This document shows positions 62,166-64,000 of a DNA stretch of 64,000 nt, piece by piece. Numbering within the stretch: the stretch's first letter is position 1; each line of letters opens with the position of its first letter. Source of the DNA: Macrostomum lignano (taxonomy: Eukaryota); NCBI GenBank assembly GCA_002269645.1, contig NIVC01002571.1, forward strand, positions 62,001 to 126,000, read 5' to 3'. Position numbers and translations under genes: made by a program. Below the pieces are notes generated by a model. It ran no database searches. It was not told the DNA's origin and saw only the letters and a program-made list of their open reading frames with translations.

Positions 62166-62904
62166 GTTTAGAATCTGCCCTAGTGTGTCTCTGGGTCTGT
62201 CTTTGCTTCTGTCTTAGTTTGTGTCCCAGTGTCTATCGTAGAGTCTGCCTGTCTGCCTGTCCTTGCACCTGTCTTGCAAGTGTCTGTCTTTCTACAATAG
62301 TGTCTGTCTGGGCTGACTCTGGGCTGAATGCAGAGCTTATACGCAATGGACCAGCCATTCATCTTAATCGCAATCAGCACCCTCGCATTTGCTGGTCTGT
62401 CCGATAAAATTGGGAGATTTTCGTGCCGCAACTCTGGCGCCACCCGCGGAGCCCGAGCTCGCCCTGAGTCTGAGCAGCCGGGGAAAAAGCTTAATTAACT
62501 CAAAGAGTCACCTCAGCTCCGCTAAGCTTAACGCTCTCTGATGTCTACGCTGGGGTAGAATTTCCCGCTTTTAGTGCAGCTCGGGCCAATTAGAATTTAT
62601 TTCCGAGTTCCCGCATTCTTGCCTCCCAATTTTAATAGCTTCCTTGCTTCCGTCCTTCCTCCCTATCGGATTTAATTCTTCCCCCTAATCCCAATCCTCT
62701 TACCCTGTCTTCCTTGATCCTAGAGCTCTTGTCCTGCCTCACGCAGCCCAAAGGCCTGTCAGCCTTCTCCATCTATTAGGGTTGCCTTTCTTAGGCTGCT
62801 CGTCCTCAACTATCAGTCAGATTTTATAGCCTGAGGATCTGCAGATGGGTTGATAAAGGCATGCGCGCTTCTTGTCATTTTTTATATTTTATTGGTTAGA
62901 CTAG

Positions 62905-63795
62905 TATCTGCGGCGCCGAATCTAAAATCTGCGGCGCCGAATCTAGAATTTGTGGCGCTGAATCTAGAATCCGTGGCGCCGAATCTAGAATCTGCAGCAC
63001 CGAAGCTAGAATCTGTGGCGCCGAATCTAGTATCTATGGCCGAATCTAGTATCTATGGCCGAATCTAGTATCTATGGCCGAATCTGGAATCTATGGCCGA
63101 ATCTAGTATCTATGGCCGAATCTAGTATAGTATTTGCGGCGCCGAATCTAGTATCTATGGCCGAATCTAGAATCTATGGCCGAATCTGCATGCAATCTAT
63201 GGCCGAATCTGCATGAAATCTGTGATCGAATCTGCATAGAATCTATGGCCGAATCTGCATGGAATCTATGGCCGAATCTGCATGGAATCTATGGCTGAAT
63301 CTGTTAAAGATGTTATAAGTAATCGTTTATCTTAAAATAGTCAACTTTATATTTATAGTAAGTGAATCCAAGTTTTCCGTCAAGAATTTTCTGTAACAGA
63401 CTTCTTAGTTATAAATATGGTTTTCGACTCCCTTACCTGTACCACTAAGTTTTGTTTGAGCTACGCCAGTGCTAAATTCCATGTTAACCCCTTCTTTTGC
63501 TATCTTTCTCAAAACTCAATAAACGCCGATTCATTATAACTTAACAAGGCTTTCTTAATAGGTTATGGGCCTATCTTCTTAGGTTATGGAATAGGTTATG
63601 GAATCTATGGCCGAATCTGCATGGAATCTATGGCCGAATCTGCATGGAATCTATGGTCGAATCTACATGGAATCTATGGCCGAATCTGCATGGAATCTAT
63701 GGTCGAATCTACATGGAATCTATGGCCGAATCTGCATGGAATCTATGGCCGAATCTGCATGGAATCTATAGCCGACTCTAGTATCTACGAGCGTA
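62905..63795. repeat. 19-23-bp GGCCGAATCT-core repeat, split by a ~250-290-bp AT-rich insert at ~63302-63590
   Basis: The array is visible at 62905-63301 and 63595-63795. Confidence 0.85.
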
Positions 63796-64000
63796 TGGCC
63801 GAATCTAGCAACTGTAGCACCTCTTAAGTACAAATTCAGGAATCTTAAGAGGAAAAAAATCCTGAATTCTGGTAACTATCTAGGATGGCGCCACTCTTCA
63901 CACCGGAAACGCTGACCACAGCAACTACCCGCAGTCGATAAAAGTACAGACAGTGCTCGAGTGCTACTCAGCCATTCCTAAGAAGCTCAGAAGCATCCGC

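Noticed and set aside
63420-64000. Upstream stomatin exons or a new gene at the window end
   Set aside because: No SPFH N-terminal motifs were found on the minus strand. The short open plus-strand stretch from about 63883 is unrecognisable and truncated.

Overview
This is AT-rich eukaryotic (animal) genomic DNA with GC-rich exons and introns that are almost all filled by minisatellites. That architecture suggests a free-living flatworm such as Macrostomum, but this is inference and cannot be verified here. Eight host genes could be reconstructed by hand with GT-AG, phase-consistent junctions: a RASGEF1-like 3' part (+), SLC35B4 (+), an uncharacterised signal-anchored protein with HYEQ/RDHSYG motifs (-), an intronless secreted PAN-like + LamG protein (+), an FNBP1/CIP4/TOCA F-BAR-HR1-SH3 gene (-), a TMEM179-like gene (-), an M14A carboxypeptidase with a CPB-type pocket (+), and the 3' part of a stomatin (-). 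Mobile DNA includes an intact DD34D mariner with ~195-bp TIRs and TA TSDs, a 5'-truncated and 5'-inverted RTE-like LINE, two tRNA-derived SINE families (one CORE-like), and foldback/MITE-like structures. The most striking pattern is that nearly every long intron carries its own private tandem array. In two cases the origin of the unit can be traced: once to a segment of a SINE and once to the exon/5' splice-site junction itself. No CRISPR array, rRNA or intact tRNA gene was found. Coordinates of repeat ends are approximate; exon boundaries were read by eye.
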